This document shows, one piece after another, positions 38,259-49,063 of a stretch of 64,000 nucleotides of DNA (positions are counted from its first letter, which is position 1; each line of letters opens with the position of its first letter). Both the position numbers and the translations under genes were made by a program. Below the pieces are notes generated by a model that saw nothing but the letters and a program-made list of their open reading frames with translations, had not been told where the DNA came from and searched no databases. The DNA is from a virus. The DNA lies in IMG/VR virus record IMGVR_UViG_3300046167_000883, positions 1-64,000 of that record. One strand, given 5' to 3'.

Positions 38259-38624
38259 ATGTATACAAATTTACTAGATCAAATTGAAAACGCCTTTTAT
38301 GAAGGCTATAGCGATAATACTTTCCGCAAACACGGCAAGGGTTATGTTGGACCATTGAACATCAAAGAAGAAAACGATTACTTCCTTGTTAATAAGGTTA
38401 TTGTTGGATTCTCGTCCGAAGAGGTTACTGCGAATATTCGCAAGAGCATCTTAAAGGTTTTTGTTAATAATGAAAAGGGTAAATCAACTGATATCGCATC
38501 ACTTAGGATTGATCCCGATTATGTAGATGTTTCTAAAATTTCGTCAAAGCTCAAAAACGGAATCTTAGAAATCAAAATCCCTAAAGCAGAAAACTCTAAA
38601 ACGGTTCAAATCTCTGTAGATTAA
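38259..38624 (+). CDS. Small heat shock protein (Hsp20/alpha-crystallin)
   Basis: NIKEEND...VDVSKISSKLKNGILEIKIPK...VQISVD. Confidence 0.85.
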   Translation: MYTNLLDQIENAFYEGYSDNTFRKHGKGYVGPLNIKEENDYFLVNKVIVGFSSEEVTANIRKSILKVFVNNEKGKSTDIASLRIDPDYVDVSKISSKLKNGILEIKIPKAENSKTVQISVD

Positions 38625-38628
38625 AACT

Positions 38629-38661
38629 AAGCCCCCGATTGAAAAAGTCGGGGGTTTTTTT
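38629..38661 (+). terminator. Intrinsic terminator
   Basis: GCCCCCGATT-GAAA-AAGTCGGGGG followed by a T run. Confidence 0.8.
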
Positions 38662-38671
38662 ATAATTAGTC

Positions 38672-39082
38672 ATGCCCCTGTACATTTACGAAAATAAAAA
38701 AACTGGAGAAGTTGTAGAGGTCCTGCAAAGTATGAATGATGCTCATGAGTACCATGGCGAGGACGGAACAGAGAAAGGCCTCTGGAGGCGTGTTTTTGTT
38801 AATCCTGGCATATCTTCAGATACCCAAGTAGATGCTTTTGATAGTCACAGCTTCGCAAATTCTGTATCAAAGAAAAATGATAGCTATGGAGATCTTTTTG
38901 AGCGAAGCGCTGAAGCTTCAGAAAAACGAGCGCAACGACATGGGAAAGACCCAGTCAAAGAAAAATACTACGCCGATTACAATAAAAAAACAAACGGCAA
39001 ACTACACCCGCAACAACAAAAAGAAAGATTTAACAAAGCGGTAGAAAAAGCAGATAAAGCTGGTATTAAGATTGAACTTTAA
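38672..39082 (+). CDS. FmdB-like regulatory protein (Cys-less variant)
   Basis: MPLYIYENKKTGEVVEVLQSMND N-terminus; TATAAT 5 nt upstream. Confidence 0.6.
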   Translation: MPLYIYENKKTGEVVEVLQSMNDAHEYHGEDGTEKGLWRRVFVNPGISSDTQVDAFDSHSFANSVSKKNDSYGDLFERSAEASEKRAQRHGKDPVKEKYYADYNKKTNGKLHPQQQKERFNKAVEKADKAGIKIEL

Positions 39083-39089
39083 GAAAGGG

Positions 39090-41162
39090 TTATTGCGTGA
39101 ATGTTACGTTCTGCAAATCGAAACTAAAACCCAAATCAGCAACGATATCCGATCCAATTGCGGAATTATGGTTTTGCGAAATTAATTTTGCGTCGCTGAT
39201 TTGAAAATTAAAATCGTTTTCGCCATTGTCTTGGCTACTTATAGTCAAAGTGTAGCTCTCGTCAGAATTTAAAAAATCTTTTAAATTTGCTCTATCGCCG
39301 TTCACTTCAAAATTTGATACACGGTTAGAAAAATTAAATGTACTCTCAATAGGGAACAAAGCTTTTCTCGCTACAGGATGTTTCTTTCCTAAGCTGTATA
39401 TTGTTTTTCTGTTGATTGGCAGGTTCAAATCAAAGTTTTGAATAGAATCAGACTTAATTAAAAAATTGCCCACAGAATTACTTCCACTGATCGTTATATC
39501 AGTAGAGTAATGTGGCACAACCCTATCGGAGCTATTAGAATAGTATTCACCCACTCCAGATATGCTGGTAGTTAAATTTTGTGTTTGCGCCCCCGTTAAA
39601 TCAATAGACGGAACACTTACACCAGTATACAATAAACTATTAAAACCTACATCATGCGGATTAACTTCTTCGGCCTGAACATTGCTTGCAGTAAAAGAAT
39701 ACTGAGACTGCATCAAACCGTTAACAGATTGAGAAATAGAAATATTATTTAAAAAACAATTACCAAAAGATAAAAATTGCCCAAAAGATGTTTGGTTTTC
39801 TGGAAGATGCTCATCATTCCAACCGATCAAAATTTCTTCATCATAATCGTCATCATTTATGAAAAAGGCTACAGGTTTTGTAGATTCCATTTTCCACAAC
39901 CGTACACCAATTAGTGGATCAAAATCATAATTGGCCGCTGGGTTGGTTTTTGTTCCATCCAGATTAAACCCACTCCATAACTGCCAAGAAGAACTGTTAT
40001 AATATGAAATATTTACATCGGTATCTGGATACGGAGCAACTACAGTCCAATTTGGCGTGTCGGCGCCAATAGAACTTGACTCTGAAGATGCAAATGCTTG
40101 ATATTTTGTTAATTTATTGTAGCCAATATGCCCAGCAGCATCATTTCCCAAATTATCACCTATATCATTCGCAAAAGCTCCAGATGGATCATAAACATGG
40201 TAATTTGAAACTGTTTGGGGCGCACTATTTAATACATTAAATTCGTAATTATTTTTACGCTTATATACATCCGTTTCTACAGGTGCTAACAATAACTTAT
40301 CATCACTACCTTTTTTGGAACATAATATATTTTTAGTTGAATCAATAATTATTGTTGCTGTTGTTGTTGAATCTTCAAAAACGTAAGTTTCTCCAGCATT
40401 TAAAGAAGCCGAATAAGTTGCCGTCCCATTTATTCCATTAGTTACGTTTACATAAACATTCACATCAGTGTTATCTTCTAAAGATAATACTGAAATTCTG
40501 TTTGGCGCAAATCTGTTTGTGTGAAAACCAAACTGTTTTCCTGCCAGATAAAAAGGAATCAACGAGTTGTTATACCCCTCTCCGTGCCAATGTGTTGGCT
40601 TATCTCCATAGTAAACTTTTCCAGAGGTTACAGCTATTTCCACTCCAGTTGGTTCTGTATAAGTGTTTAAAACAGTTCTATTTGATCCATCAAAATCTTC
40701 TTCATATAAAGTGGTTCCAGAGTAAGGAACTGCCACATCCGTATTAGCAGAACTTAATGATTCAACACAATAATACCTAACATCATTAGCTGACCGATCT
40801 TTCCTTGCATCAACCCCTCTTTCTGGAGCAATATAAGCATAAAAATTTCTATCAATATTTAAATCATCTCTCGTATTCGCGCCACTAACCAAACCAGAAA
40901 ACAAATTACCAAAATCTTCAAAAATATTAATAGTGAAGTTCACATCTGGCGCATTTCTATTTGACTGATCAATAAAATTTTTAGCTCCTAATGCACCAAC
41001 ATTTGTTCTTGGAATATCTACGGAAAAATCAATCCCTTGAACAAGCGGTAGAAAAGATAAATTCTTAGCGCTGTTTGATCCAGTATCATGCGCTGGCGTC
41101 TGGCTTTGAAAAAGCGCGACATTTTCATAAGTAATTATTGGTCTGTCTGGATTAATTGCCAT
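39090..41162 (-). CDS. Tail-tube-like minor tail protein with a large internal insertion
   Basis: N- and C-terminal segments align by eye with 53061..54167 (VQGIDFSVDIPRTNVGALG, FGNCFL, AKLISQNHNSAIGS); about 330 aa beta-rich insert. Confidence 0.65.
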   Translation of the reverse strand: MAINPDRPIITYENVALFQSQTPAHDTGSNSAKNLSFLPLVQGIDFSVDIPRTNVGALGAKNFIDQSNRNAPDVNFTINIFEDFGNLFSGLVSGANTRDDLNIDRNFYAYIAPERGVDARKDRSANDVRYYCVESLSSANTDVAVPYSGTTLYEEDFDGSNRTVLNTYTEPTGVEIAVTSGKVYYGDKPTHWHGEGYNNSLIPFYLAGKQFGFHTNRFAPNRISVLSLEDNTDVNVYVNVTNGINGTATYSASLNAGETYVFEDSTTTATIIIDSTKNILCSKKGSDDKLLLAPVETDVYKRKNNYEFNVLNSAPQTVSNYHVYDPSGAFANDIGDNLGNDAAGHIGYNKLTKYQAFASSESSSIGADTPNWTVVAPYPDTDVNISYYNSSSWQLWSGFNLDGTKTNPAANYDFDPLIGVRLWKMESTKPVAFFINDDDYDEEILIGWNDEHLPENQTSFGQFLSFGNCFLNNISISQSVNGLMQSQYSFTASNVQAEEVNPHDVGFNSLLYTGVSVPSIDLTGAQTQNLTTSISGVGEYYSNSSDRVVPHYSTDITISGSNSVGNFLIKSDSIQNFDLNLPINRKTIYSLGKKHPVARKALFPIESTFNFSNRVSNFEVNGDRANLKDFLNSDESYTLTISSQDNGENDFNFQISDAKLISQNHNSAIGSDIVADLGFSFDLQNVTFTQ

Positions 41163-43204
41163 TAGAATTCTGGGGTTACAGGAGCTACGATTTCTACGAA
41201 TCTTGCTTCAATTGTGTTTGAATCTTTGTAATTAAACGTGTGCTTCCATTGTGGGCAAAAGAATACTCGGTTTTGTTGAATAATATCATCGTCATAATAA
41301 TAAACAAACTGCTTATAACCAAGATGGGTTTCTAAAAAGTGTAGAATTGAATAAGTTTCCTTTTCGCTTCTATTTGTAAAAGTTAAGTCAAGTGCGTCTA
41401 TTCTGTTTTGATTGCGCGAAATATTTAGTTGTTGGGTAAACGACCTTTTAAAGTTATTAATTCTTGCCCCTTGGTCGACGGGCAATGAAACTTGTTGATC
41501 AGGTTCCCAGAAAAAAGTTCTGGTTAAACTGCCGCCATCATAAAAATCTCCATCACGATAATAAAGTTCATCAGCTATACCCGTGTAAGTTTTTAAACCT
41601 CTTATATTTGAATATGAATTAGTTATAATGGTACTTGAATTTTCTAAAACTTGTCCATTAGACGCATAAAAATAATTATTAAGTTGATTAGGATTTGCCC
41701 CCGTCACTTGATAAACATTAAATTTTTCATGAGAGCCGTCGACAAAGTAAAATTCATAACCCTGATAATCCCAAACTGGATATTTTAGTGAACTTTTTTG
41801 GACAAACCCTTCCCCATCATTTAAAACAGGAGAAACTCGGTCATTAAACATAGAAACATTTAACTCATAAACGTCGCTGCTAATATGTTTTAAATTATAA
41901 TTTGAAATTTGTGACCCACTAAAATTTTGATAATAATCTGTATCTAAATCTATTTGGACTCCGTGTTTTAATTCGCCAAAATTAATACAATCCTCTGTTC
42001 CTGAAAAAGCTACATCTCCAGTTATTGTACCAGTGGTCGCTTTTTCAATTCGGCGCAAAAGACTTTTCATATTTTTTTTGTTCCCTTGAAAAGTCAAATC
42101 CATCTCCGCTTTTATAGAGTTAAGTCCATTTGGCATAATGAACTGATAATAGTTAGACCCGCGCCAAGAAGAATTTGATGCAGAGAATGTTATAGAAGAT
42201 CCATAAATTGGAGAAACGCTTGAAGCTAAATAATCTAAATCTCTACCCAACCTATCCTGAATTTCTGAATATATTGTGGCCCTATCGTCTCTTAAAGATG
42301 TATAAAATAAAGCTTCTTGGAGCTTCCCTGTAAAAGTTTCGTCATAAGTTTCGTCAGATCCAATTGTCCCTACAATATAATTATCTCTTCCAGTTACAAC
42401 ATATCCAGAAATATAATTTTGACCGTCACCCAAACCAACCACTCCAGAGGAGTTGATTGAGTCAAATCCCGCAAATGCGTTTATAATATATCTTTGTCCA
42501 AGATTTACCTCTTCCCCAGTATAACCAAAACCATGCTGGTTGGCATCATTATCCTCCGCAATAGAGAAACCACTAAAAGAATTGGCTTGACCTCTTTCTG
42601 TATAAAGATAAAATCTATTACTATTACCTGTATATACAAAACCTACTCCAAAATCTTTTTTACCTCCACCATAATTTTCTCCAAAAATATAACTAGCTCC
42701 ATATGTATTATATTGATAAATTTCTTTCGCATCGTCACCAAGAGAAGCTATAGTAAAAGTTTCTAACCCATCAATCCCTAATATATGACTTGATAAATTT
42801 CCTGGTTCGTGAATACCATACCCTTCATTTTTTATAAGAAGGTAAGCATTCCTACCACCACTTCTAAAAATCATCGCGGGTTTATTGTTTAGTTCAACAA
42901 AACTGCCCCCAGTTATAATATACGGCATCACTCCAGTATTAATACCAGTCGCGTGTTTTCCGCCAAATTGATCATAAAATTTGGATACAACACCAATATT
43001 GTCTATATCCGCCTCTAAAGTACCATCTTTAAGGTCTGTAGCCGTATAAGATCCAGTTGTGTTTGTAGACACATTAACAACATCAACAACATATTGATTC
43101 GGATCACCATTAAGATTAAACAAAGAATAACCGTGATCAGGGATAGAATCATCTTCTACTACTATAAAATCCCTATTATAATTGAAATTTTCTATAAAAC
43201 TCAT
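41162..43204 (-). CDS. Minor tail protein M-like (distal tail) with N-terminal LamG/lectin-like domain
   Basis: C-terminal FFWEP...LDLTFTNRSEKE...ILHFLETHLG...FFCPQW...ARFVE gpM pattern; N-terminal YSL...FYDQ...KLQEALFY domain; directly after the tape measure gene. Confidence 0.7.
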   Translation of the reverse strand: MSFIENFNYNRDFIVVEDDSIPDHGYSLFNLNGDPNQYVVDVVNVSTNTTGSYTATDLKDGTLEADIDNIGVVSKFYDQFGGKHATGINTGVMPYIITGGSFVELNNKPAMIFRSGGRNAYLLIKNEGYGIHEPGNLSSHILGIDGLETFTIASLGDDAKEIYQYNTYGASYIFGENYGGGKKDFGVGFVYTGNSNRFYLYTERGQANSFSGFSIAEDNDANQHGFGYTGEEVNLGQRYIINAFAGFDSINSSGVVGLGDGQNYISGYVVTGRDNYIVGTIGSDETYDETFTGKLQEALFYTSLRDDRATIYSEIQDRLGRDLDYLASSVSPIYGSSITFSASNSSWRGSNYYQFIMPNGLNSIKAEMDLTFQGNKKNMKSLLRRIEKATTGTITGDVAFSGTEDCINFGELKHGVQIDLDTDYYQNFSGSQISNYNLKHISSDVYELNVSMFNDRVSPVLNDGEGFVQKSSLKYPVWDYQGYEFYFVDGSHEKFNVYQVTGANPNQLNNYFYASNGQVLENSSTIITNSYSNIRGLKTYTGIADELYYRDGDFYDGGSLTRTFFWEPDQQVSLPVDQGARINNFKRSFTQQLNISRNQNRIDALDLTFTNRSEKETYSILHFLETHLGYKQFVYYYDDDIIQQNRVFFCPQWKHTFNYKDSNTIEARFVEIVAPVTPEF

Positions 43205-46200
43205 TTATCTACCTCTGCCGAATAATGAACCCGAAACCCTCTTTTCTTCATTAATTACATTGACTACTACTTCTTTGACTTTTCTTGCGAATTCTTTTGA
43301 TTGTGCTGGATTAGAACCATCGCTAGTTGCGTCTACCGTAGCTCCCCCATCCTTGGCCATATTGATTGTGATATTTACTTCGCCGACATCCGCGCCTTCC
43401 TTGGATGACCCACCAGAAGAGCTTGATGCCACATTTCCAACGGCTCCGCCGTTTTCGTAACGCATCATATTAATGCTGTCCAAAGTATCGCGACCAATAG
43501 CACTTGCAGCTTGTGCAGACATAACATATTCGCCGCCCATAAGAAGGGCGTTGGTGTTTCCAGACATTTCTCCGCCGTTTGCTCTGTTAAACAATGGACC
43601 CGTCAGTAAATTACGAGAAGAACCAGTGAGAGATCCCAAAGTGCTTGAGTTTAATTGATCCATACTCAATGCATCATACGCCCCACCAAAAGCTTTGTAA
43701 GGTTCACCAAGTGGTTCGCCCATAAATCCCTTAAGTCCTTGTGGTGTGGATGATGGTAAATTTTGAAAATACGCTCCAGCCCCAGCAGCAGCCGCATTCA
43801 CAAACGATCCAATTATAGCTTGTTTGAATTGCTCGTCCCTTGCTTTTTCTGCTTGCTTCTTTTCTTCTACAACTCTCGCTTCTTCTTCTACTCTTTGGGT
43901 GTATAAACCAAAAGCTTGTCTTTGTGCATCTTTTAAAGCTCTTCTTGCTGGGCTTTCTCTAAATCTACCAAACGTTGTTAATCTATGACTCTGATCCTCT
44001 AAACTAACAAACGCACCGCTTCCAGTAGATCTTGCTACATCTGTTTTTCCAGACGTTACTTCTTGTTGGGCGAAAGCTAACAAACTTTCCTTACCAACAA
44101 TTTCCCCTGCTCCACGAGTCCCAGGAACAAAGAAGTCCATACCTCTAGCTCTTTTTAATCTTTCGTTCGAAGCGGCGCCGCCGATTTGATTACCTGAAGG
44201 GTCGCTCCAAAATCTTCCACCTTCATATCCACCCGCTGTTTGGGTATAAAGGCCTCCACTTTGCATACCCCTAATCGCGCCAGAATTTAATCTCTCCAAG
44301 AAGTCTACTCCGTATTTTTGAACAGCAGACTTCTTGAGAACATATTCGCCACCAGTTAAAACAGCGGGTACGTCATCGCGAACACCAGATCCGCCAGTTA
44401 CCATTCCGCCAGAATTATATCCAGTTATAGCTTTAGATATTTTCCCTAAAAATCCTCCGCCAGCCGTCTCGTCTCCAAACATAGCATTAGTTAAATTCAT
44501 TGCCGTTCTTTGCGCTATTTGTCTTTGCAACTCTCTTCCAAAATTTAATGCAATTTGCAAGAATGCGTCACCAATAGAATCATAAGCGCCAGTAGCTATT
44601 TTTTCAAAAGTGTCGGCCATAGATTGCTCAAGATTTTCGGCTAAAACCCTTGGCAATTCATCCGCTTGGTTTTTAAGTCTCTCATCAACGTCCTGTGAAT
44701 ATCTTTGAAGTGAAGACATTTGAGACATTTTTTGCTGCTTATTTAAAATTTTCTGGTTCAGTTCATCCTGTACCCTTAGTTCATTATTTTGAGCCTGATA
44801 ACCTTTGACCTGTTTTTCTATTTCGTCTAAAGTATTTGTCTCGTCAAGCAACCCTTTTTCTTTTAAATCTAATACAGCTTGCAAAACTTCTTCGAATGAT
44901 TTCCCAGCCTCTATGGAGTCTAATAAAGTTTGATAATTCTTTTTATCAACAGCTTTACCCTCTAGGGCTTTAACAACATTACTACCTAATTGTGCGCCCA
45001 GTTTCGTTGAAGCTTTTGATTGACTGATTTTGAATTCAAGCAAAGCTTTGTTTGCTTCCAACCTTTCTCTCTCCAGGTCGCTTAGATTTCCCGCCAACTT
45101 CAGCTCTAGTTCGTTTGCTTTGAGTGTATTTTGTGCAAGTTGTACTTTTTGCTGATTATCTTTCGTTAATGGGTTCATCAAAAATTGATCACCACTTAAA
45201 TGCAGCCCAGATGCTGCGCCCTTTCTTTTTAATGACTCTAAATCCGAAGCGCGACTAGCTAGAGTTAATTTATCGCTTGCTGCGGCTTTTTTTTCTTGAG
45301 CTGTCATCGCTTCTGTTTTTGTAGCCTCTAGTAAATTAGTTATGAATGATGCTATATCCATAACATCTTCTACTTTCTTTCTGGAACCACGGCTAGAATA
45401 AACAACAGTTGTTTTTTTATTTTTTTCTGTTCTATCTACAACCTCTTGGAGCTTCTTTCTTCCTTCTTCACCTCCACCCAAAGCGGCAATAGCGGCTACC
45501 ATACTTTCTTTGTTTTTTATTCCGCCAAAAGCCCCTGTTGAAAGTCCTTCAATTCCCCTAAGTTGTTTTTCAAGAACTTTTTCAACGCTTGTGTCTGGGT
45601 CGGCTCCGACCTCTTCTCTTATTTTTCTTTCTCCTGTAATTCTATCCAACTCAGTCTGCAAACTAGCCCTAAACGACCGAACCGCTTCTACATTACCCTC
45701 AGAAAGTTTTACTAAATCAACACCCTCCAATTGTTGGTTTAAATTTTCAAAACCCGTTTTGGTTTTTGTTAACTCTAACAACAATGGGGCAACGACACCA
45801 GCAACCGCAACAGTAGCTCCAATTGCTGGCAAAGCCCTACCAGCCCCAGCTACAAACCTACCAGCCCCAGCTAATTTTCCTGACTTAACTGCGCCACCTG
45901 GTCCACGCCCAAGACTAGTTCCAAAATTTACTAACTTTGTACTAAGCTTGTCCAATGGTCCCTTTAACATAGCCAAACCAGATAACATTGATCCCGCTAA
46001 AGCTAACTCACTGACAAATTTACCTATACCACTCTCAGCCCCACTAAAAGCAGAACTTAAAAAACTTAAAGCTATAGAGGTGGTCATCAAGCGACCCGAA
46101 AAATCTTCCATCGACGCCGTCTGTTTTTTGTTGGCTTTAATCATTCCTTCTACCGTTTTTTCCAAACCTTTAGACATGGGCATATTAATCATACCACCTT

Positions 46201-49054
46201 GATTAAAGTTTGGAATTGCGCCAGTTGGCTCGTCTCTTGTGTTGGTAACAGCAAGACCCATTGGGTTTTGAGCGTTGCGGAGTTTTCCGTTTTGATTTAT
46301 TCTGATTTGATTAATCGGAAGACCTGCGGCCCGTTCTCTACCTACAGCATCTTCTAAAGCAGATTGAGCAAAGTTGGGGATGTAACCCCTAGCGGCTCTG
46401 TAATTTCCATAACGAGTTCTAAGTAAAGTATTAGCCCTTGACTCAATTAATTTTTCCAACCTATTTCTTGTGCTGAGGTCTAATCTTCTTTTTATTTCAC
46501 CTTTTTCCGTAAAATAGGTTCCTCCTGAACCGCCAAGCATATTCATTACTTGCTTTTTGGCTTGTAATTCTGCATTCTTTCTAGCTTCTTTCTTAAAATA
46601 TTCCTTCCTGTTCCCCTTAATGGAGTCGGCCCCAATTTCTTTCATTATTTTGGAGTAAAAACTTTCCACATTTCCAACCGAATCGGAAACTTTAAAATCT
46701 GCTACATTAACATTTTCAGGCAAGCCAAACAATTCTCTAACTCTTTGAATATTCCGACCTCCCCGTATATCGAAATCGCCGCCCTTTTCTCTTATAGCTG
46801 CCCTATAATCCAAAGCTTTTACAATCCCAACTTCAAAAGCAGAACCTATTGCTGCTTGCAAAGCTCCTTTTGCTCCAGCTATTGTTCCAAATCCGCTTTT
46901 AATATCAGCAGTTGAAACCGTTCTTCCCAAAGGTTGGAGTTCGTTAGCGTATTTTGTGGTTTGTTGAATTACACCTTCTTTAATCCTTTTCTCTATTGGG
47001 TCTGAGACTGTCTTTGCTTTGTTTGGTCGAATGCCTCTTGCTATAGCTCCTGTTAATGTTGTTTTTTTACCGCCTATCGAAGCGTCAAGTGGTTTTATTG
47101 GTTTATTCACTCCCATTTGTGGAACAAGAAATCCATAATTACTTACATCTTTTGGAACATATCCACCAGCCGCATTTATCTTTTTCGCTCCAGCGGGAAG
47201 CCCCATAGACCTAACCATATCTTGGTTAAAGATGGCATCTCCACCTCCAGCATAATTAGGGACATAATATTCGCTTGTATTAGCAACCATTGTGCCGTGC
47301 TTACCTCCACCAAAAGCAAAGTTTGGAATTGAAACTACTTTAGCGCTTGATGGTGCGCCACCAACTCCGCGAGAAACATCGCGAGCTTCGGCTGCGATAT
47401 ATCCATCAGCAGCTTTTCCCCTTCTTACGACCCCTTTTTCTCCACCCCTTAAGCCAGCGCCAAAAAGTCCAGGGGTTACAGCAGCAGCAGTCTTTTGAAC
47501 TTTCGCCAATGCTGCGGCTTGTTGGTTGTAAATTCTTAATAGCAATTGTTCTTGAGCTACTTTATTTCCTTCAAGTGCTAAAATCTCTCTTTGAATACTT
47601 TCGTTTTGAAGAAGCGTTTGAAGAACAGATTGTTGTAATGAGTTCTGCGCCTGTGTCGCTTTATTGATACCTAAAACTTGTTGTAGTGACTTCCCACCAA
47701 ACTTAGCCAAATCAATAAATAACTTTGAAAATATCGCCGTAACTATGGCAAGCCCTGGGCCAGTTAAAACTCCGCCTATACCCTTCACAATTCCTTGGGC
47801 GAATTTACTTCCTATTGAATCCCCTTGAAGTAAATCCGTAATTCCAGTGACGACAGAAGAGAAAGCTTTTAAAATATCTTTTGCGGCGTCTGTAAAACCA
47901 ATTTCTCCCATAATAGACGCTAACTTTTGTCCACCCGTTGTTAAATTATTTATTAAAGCTTCTAGGGTGTCATTAAGTTTGGCGTTCTTTGCGTCAAGAC
48001 TACCAGCAGCGCTGGCGGAAGTTTCAAGAGAATTAGCAAATTTGCTTTGTTCAGAATTTAAATCTTCAATTAAATTAATTAAAATGTCACGCTGCCTAAC
48101 ACCAGCAACTTTTTGAATAATCTCGCCAGCTTGGACGCTTTTTAATCCCATCTTATCAAGCTCTGTGGCCAACTCTTGGAATAAAGGAATTGCATCTCTT
48201 ACATTTCCTTGGGTATCTAAAACAGAAATTCCTATATCCTGAAGAGCGGCGAGTGTGTCCGTTCTCCCCATTCTTGCAAAAATGGTTTTAAAGGCGTTAC
48301 CAATAACCGCGCCACCTCGCTGAGTTCTTTCTTGAACTGTGGTTATAACACCCAAAAGCTCATCAAATGAAACACCTGCCACACGAGCGGATGCAGATGC
48401 TCGCTCAAGACCATTAATCAAATCTTCGGTAGATACAGCGAACTTTGTATCAACTTCTGCAAGTTTATCTGCGATCTGGGCCACCGTTAGTCCCGCGCCC
48501 TCAAAACCTTTAATTGCGGCAGTAAGACCTGCCACAGCTTGCTGAGAATCAATGCCAGCCACCCGAACAAGTTTCAACGCCGTTTCAACACGAGAAAGAG
48601 ACTCTTCAACACCTAAACCTTGGCGAGCTAACTCTAACGCACCTTCAGCTACTTGATCAAAAGATGTCGCTGTATTTTGGGCGACCTTAAAAATTCCATT
48701 ACCAAAAGCTTCTAATTCTTTTCTGGTTCCACCAAGAATTGTATTAATTTTTGCAAAAGTCGCTTCCACCTTAACTGTGTTAGATACAAGCGCACCAAAA
48801 GCTTCAGATAGTTTATTAATTACAGCAACAGATGCACCGAAAGCTAAAACACGAGCGTTAGAAGCTTCTAAGGATTTCTGGAACTCGGTGGCTTGTCCAG
48901 TAATCTTGCCCAACGGACGAGAGAGTTTATTAATTGATTCGGCGCCCTTGCCAAAGTTAACTCCTTTCGCTTGGGCTTGTATCCTAGCCAATGCTGCGTC
49001 CACCTTTGTAGTATTTACTGGGGTGAACTCTACTCCTACTCTTGCTCTTGCCAT
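43205..49054 (-). CDS. Tail tape measure protein
   Basis: 1949 aa helical protein; PhageMin_Tail-like region (ELARQGL, GAVIGNAFKTIFAR); C-terminal RDDVPAVLTGGEYV motif. Confidence 0.93.
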   Translation of the reverse strand: MARARVGVEFTPVNTTKVDAALARIQAQAKGVNFGKGAESINKLSRPLGKITGQATEFQKSLEASNARVLAFGASVAVINKLSEAFGALVSNTVKVEATFAKINTILGGTRKELEAFGNGIFKVAQNTATSFDQVAEGALELARQGLGVEESLSRVETALKLVRVAGIDSQQAVAGLTAAIKGFEGAGLTVAQIADKLAEVDTKFAVSTEDLINGLERASASARVAGVSFDELLGVITTVQERTQRGGAVIGNAFKTIFARMGRTDTLAALQDIGISVLDTQGNVRDAIPLFQELATELDKMGLKSVQAGEIIQKVAGVRQRDILINLIEDLNSEQSKFANSLETSASAAGSLDAKNAKLNDTLEALINNLTTGGQKLASIMGEIGFTDAAKDILKAFSSVVTGITDLLQGDSIGSKFAQGIVKGIGGVLTGPGLAIVTAIFSKLFIDLAKFGGKSLQQVLGINKATQAQNSLQQSVLQTLLQNESIQREILALEGNKVAQEQLLLRIYNQQAAALAKVQKTAAAVTPGLFGAGLRGGEKGVVRRGKAADGYIAAEARDVSRGVGGAPSSAKVVSIPNFAFGGGKHGTMVANTSEYYVPNYAGGGDAIFNQDMVRSMGLPAGAKKINAAGGYVPKDVSNYGFLVPQMGVNKPIKPLDASIGGKKTTLTGAIARGIRPNKAKTVSDPIEKRIKEGVIQQTTKYANELQPLGRTVSTADIKSGFGTIAGAKGALQAAIGSAFEVGIVKALDYRAAIREKGGDFDIRGGRNIQRVRELFGLPENVNVADFKVSDSVGNVESFYSKIMKEIGADSIKGNRKEYFKKEARKNAELQAKKQVMNMLGGSGGTYFTEKGEIKRRLDLSTRNRLEKLIESRANTLLRTRYGNYRAARGYIPNFAQSALEDAVGRERAAGLPINQIRINQNGKLRNAQNPMGLAVTNTRDEPTGAIPNFNQGGMINMPMSKGLEKTVEGMIKANKKQTASMEDFSGRLMTTSIALSFLSSAFSGAESGIGKFVSELALAGSMLSGLAMLKGPLDKLSTKLVNFGTSLGRGPGGAVKSGKLAGAGRFVAGAGRALPAIGATVAVAGVVAPLLLELTKTKTGFENLNQQLEGVDLVKLSEGNVEAVRSFRASLQTELDRITGERKIREEVGADPDTSVEKVLEKQLRGIEGLSTGAFGGIKNKESMVAAIAALGGGEEGRKKLQEVVDRTEKNKKTTVVYSSRGSRKKVEDVMDIASFITNLLEATKTEAMTAQEKKAAASDKLTLASRASDLESLKRKGAASGLHLSGDQFLMNPLTKDNQQKVQLAQNTLKANELELKLAGNLSDLERERLEANKALLEFKISQSKASTKLGAQLGSNVVKALEGKAVDKKNYQTLLDSIEAGKSFEEVLQAVLDLKEKGLLDETNTLDEIEKQVKGYQAQNNELRVQDELNQKILNKQQKMSQMSSLQRYSQDVDERLKNQADELPRVLAENLEQSMADTFEKIATGAYDSIGDAFLQIALNFGRELQRQIAQRTAMNLTNAMFGDETAGGGFLGKISKAITGYNSGGMVTGGSGVRDDVPAVLTGGEYVLKKSAVQKYGVDFLERLNSGAIRGMQSGGLYTQTAGGYEGGRFWSDPSGNQIGGAASNERLKRARGMDFFVPGTRGAGEIVGKESLLAFAQQEVTSGKTDVARSTGSGAFVSLEDQSHRLTTFGRFRESPARRALKDAQRQAFGLYTQRVEEEARVVEEKKQAEKARDEQFKQAIIGSFVNAAAAGAGAYFQNLPSSTPQGLKGFMGEPLGEPYKAFGGAYDALSMDQLNSSTLGSLTGSSRNLLTGPLFNRANGGEMSGNTNALLMGGEYVMSAQAASAIGRDTLDSINMMRYENGGAVGNVASSSSGGSSKEGADVGEVNITINMAKDGGATVDATSDGSNPAQSKEFARKVKEVVVNVINEEKRVSGSLFGRGR

Positions 49055-49063
49055 ATAATGGTA

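Noticed and set aside
43182-49058. Many + strand ORFs (e.g. 45510..46202) opposite the tape measure gene, and similar shadows such as 61742..62485 and 1983..2414
   Set aside because: Antisense shadows of well-supported genes with no recognisable motifs
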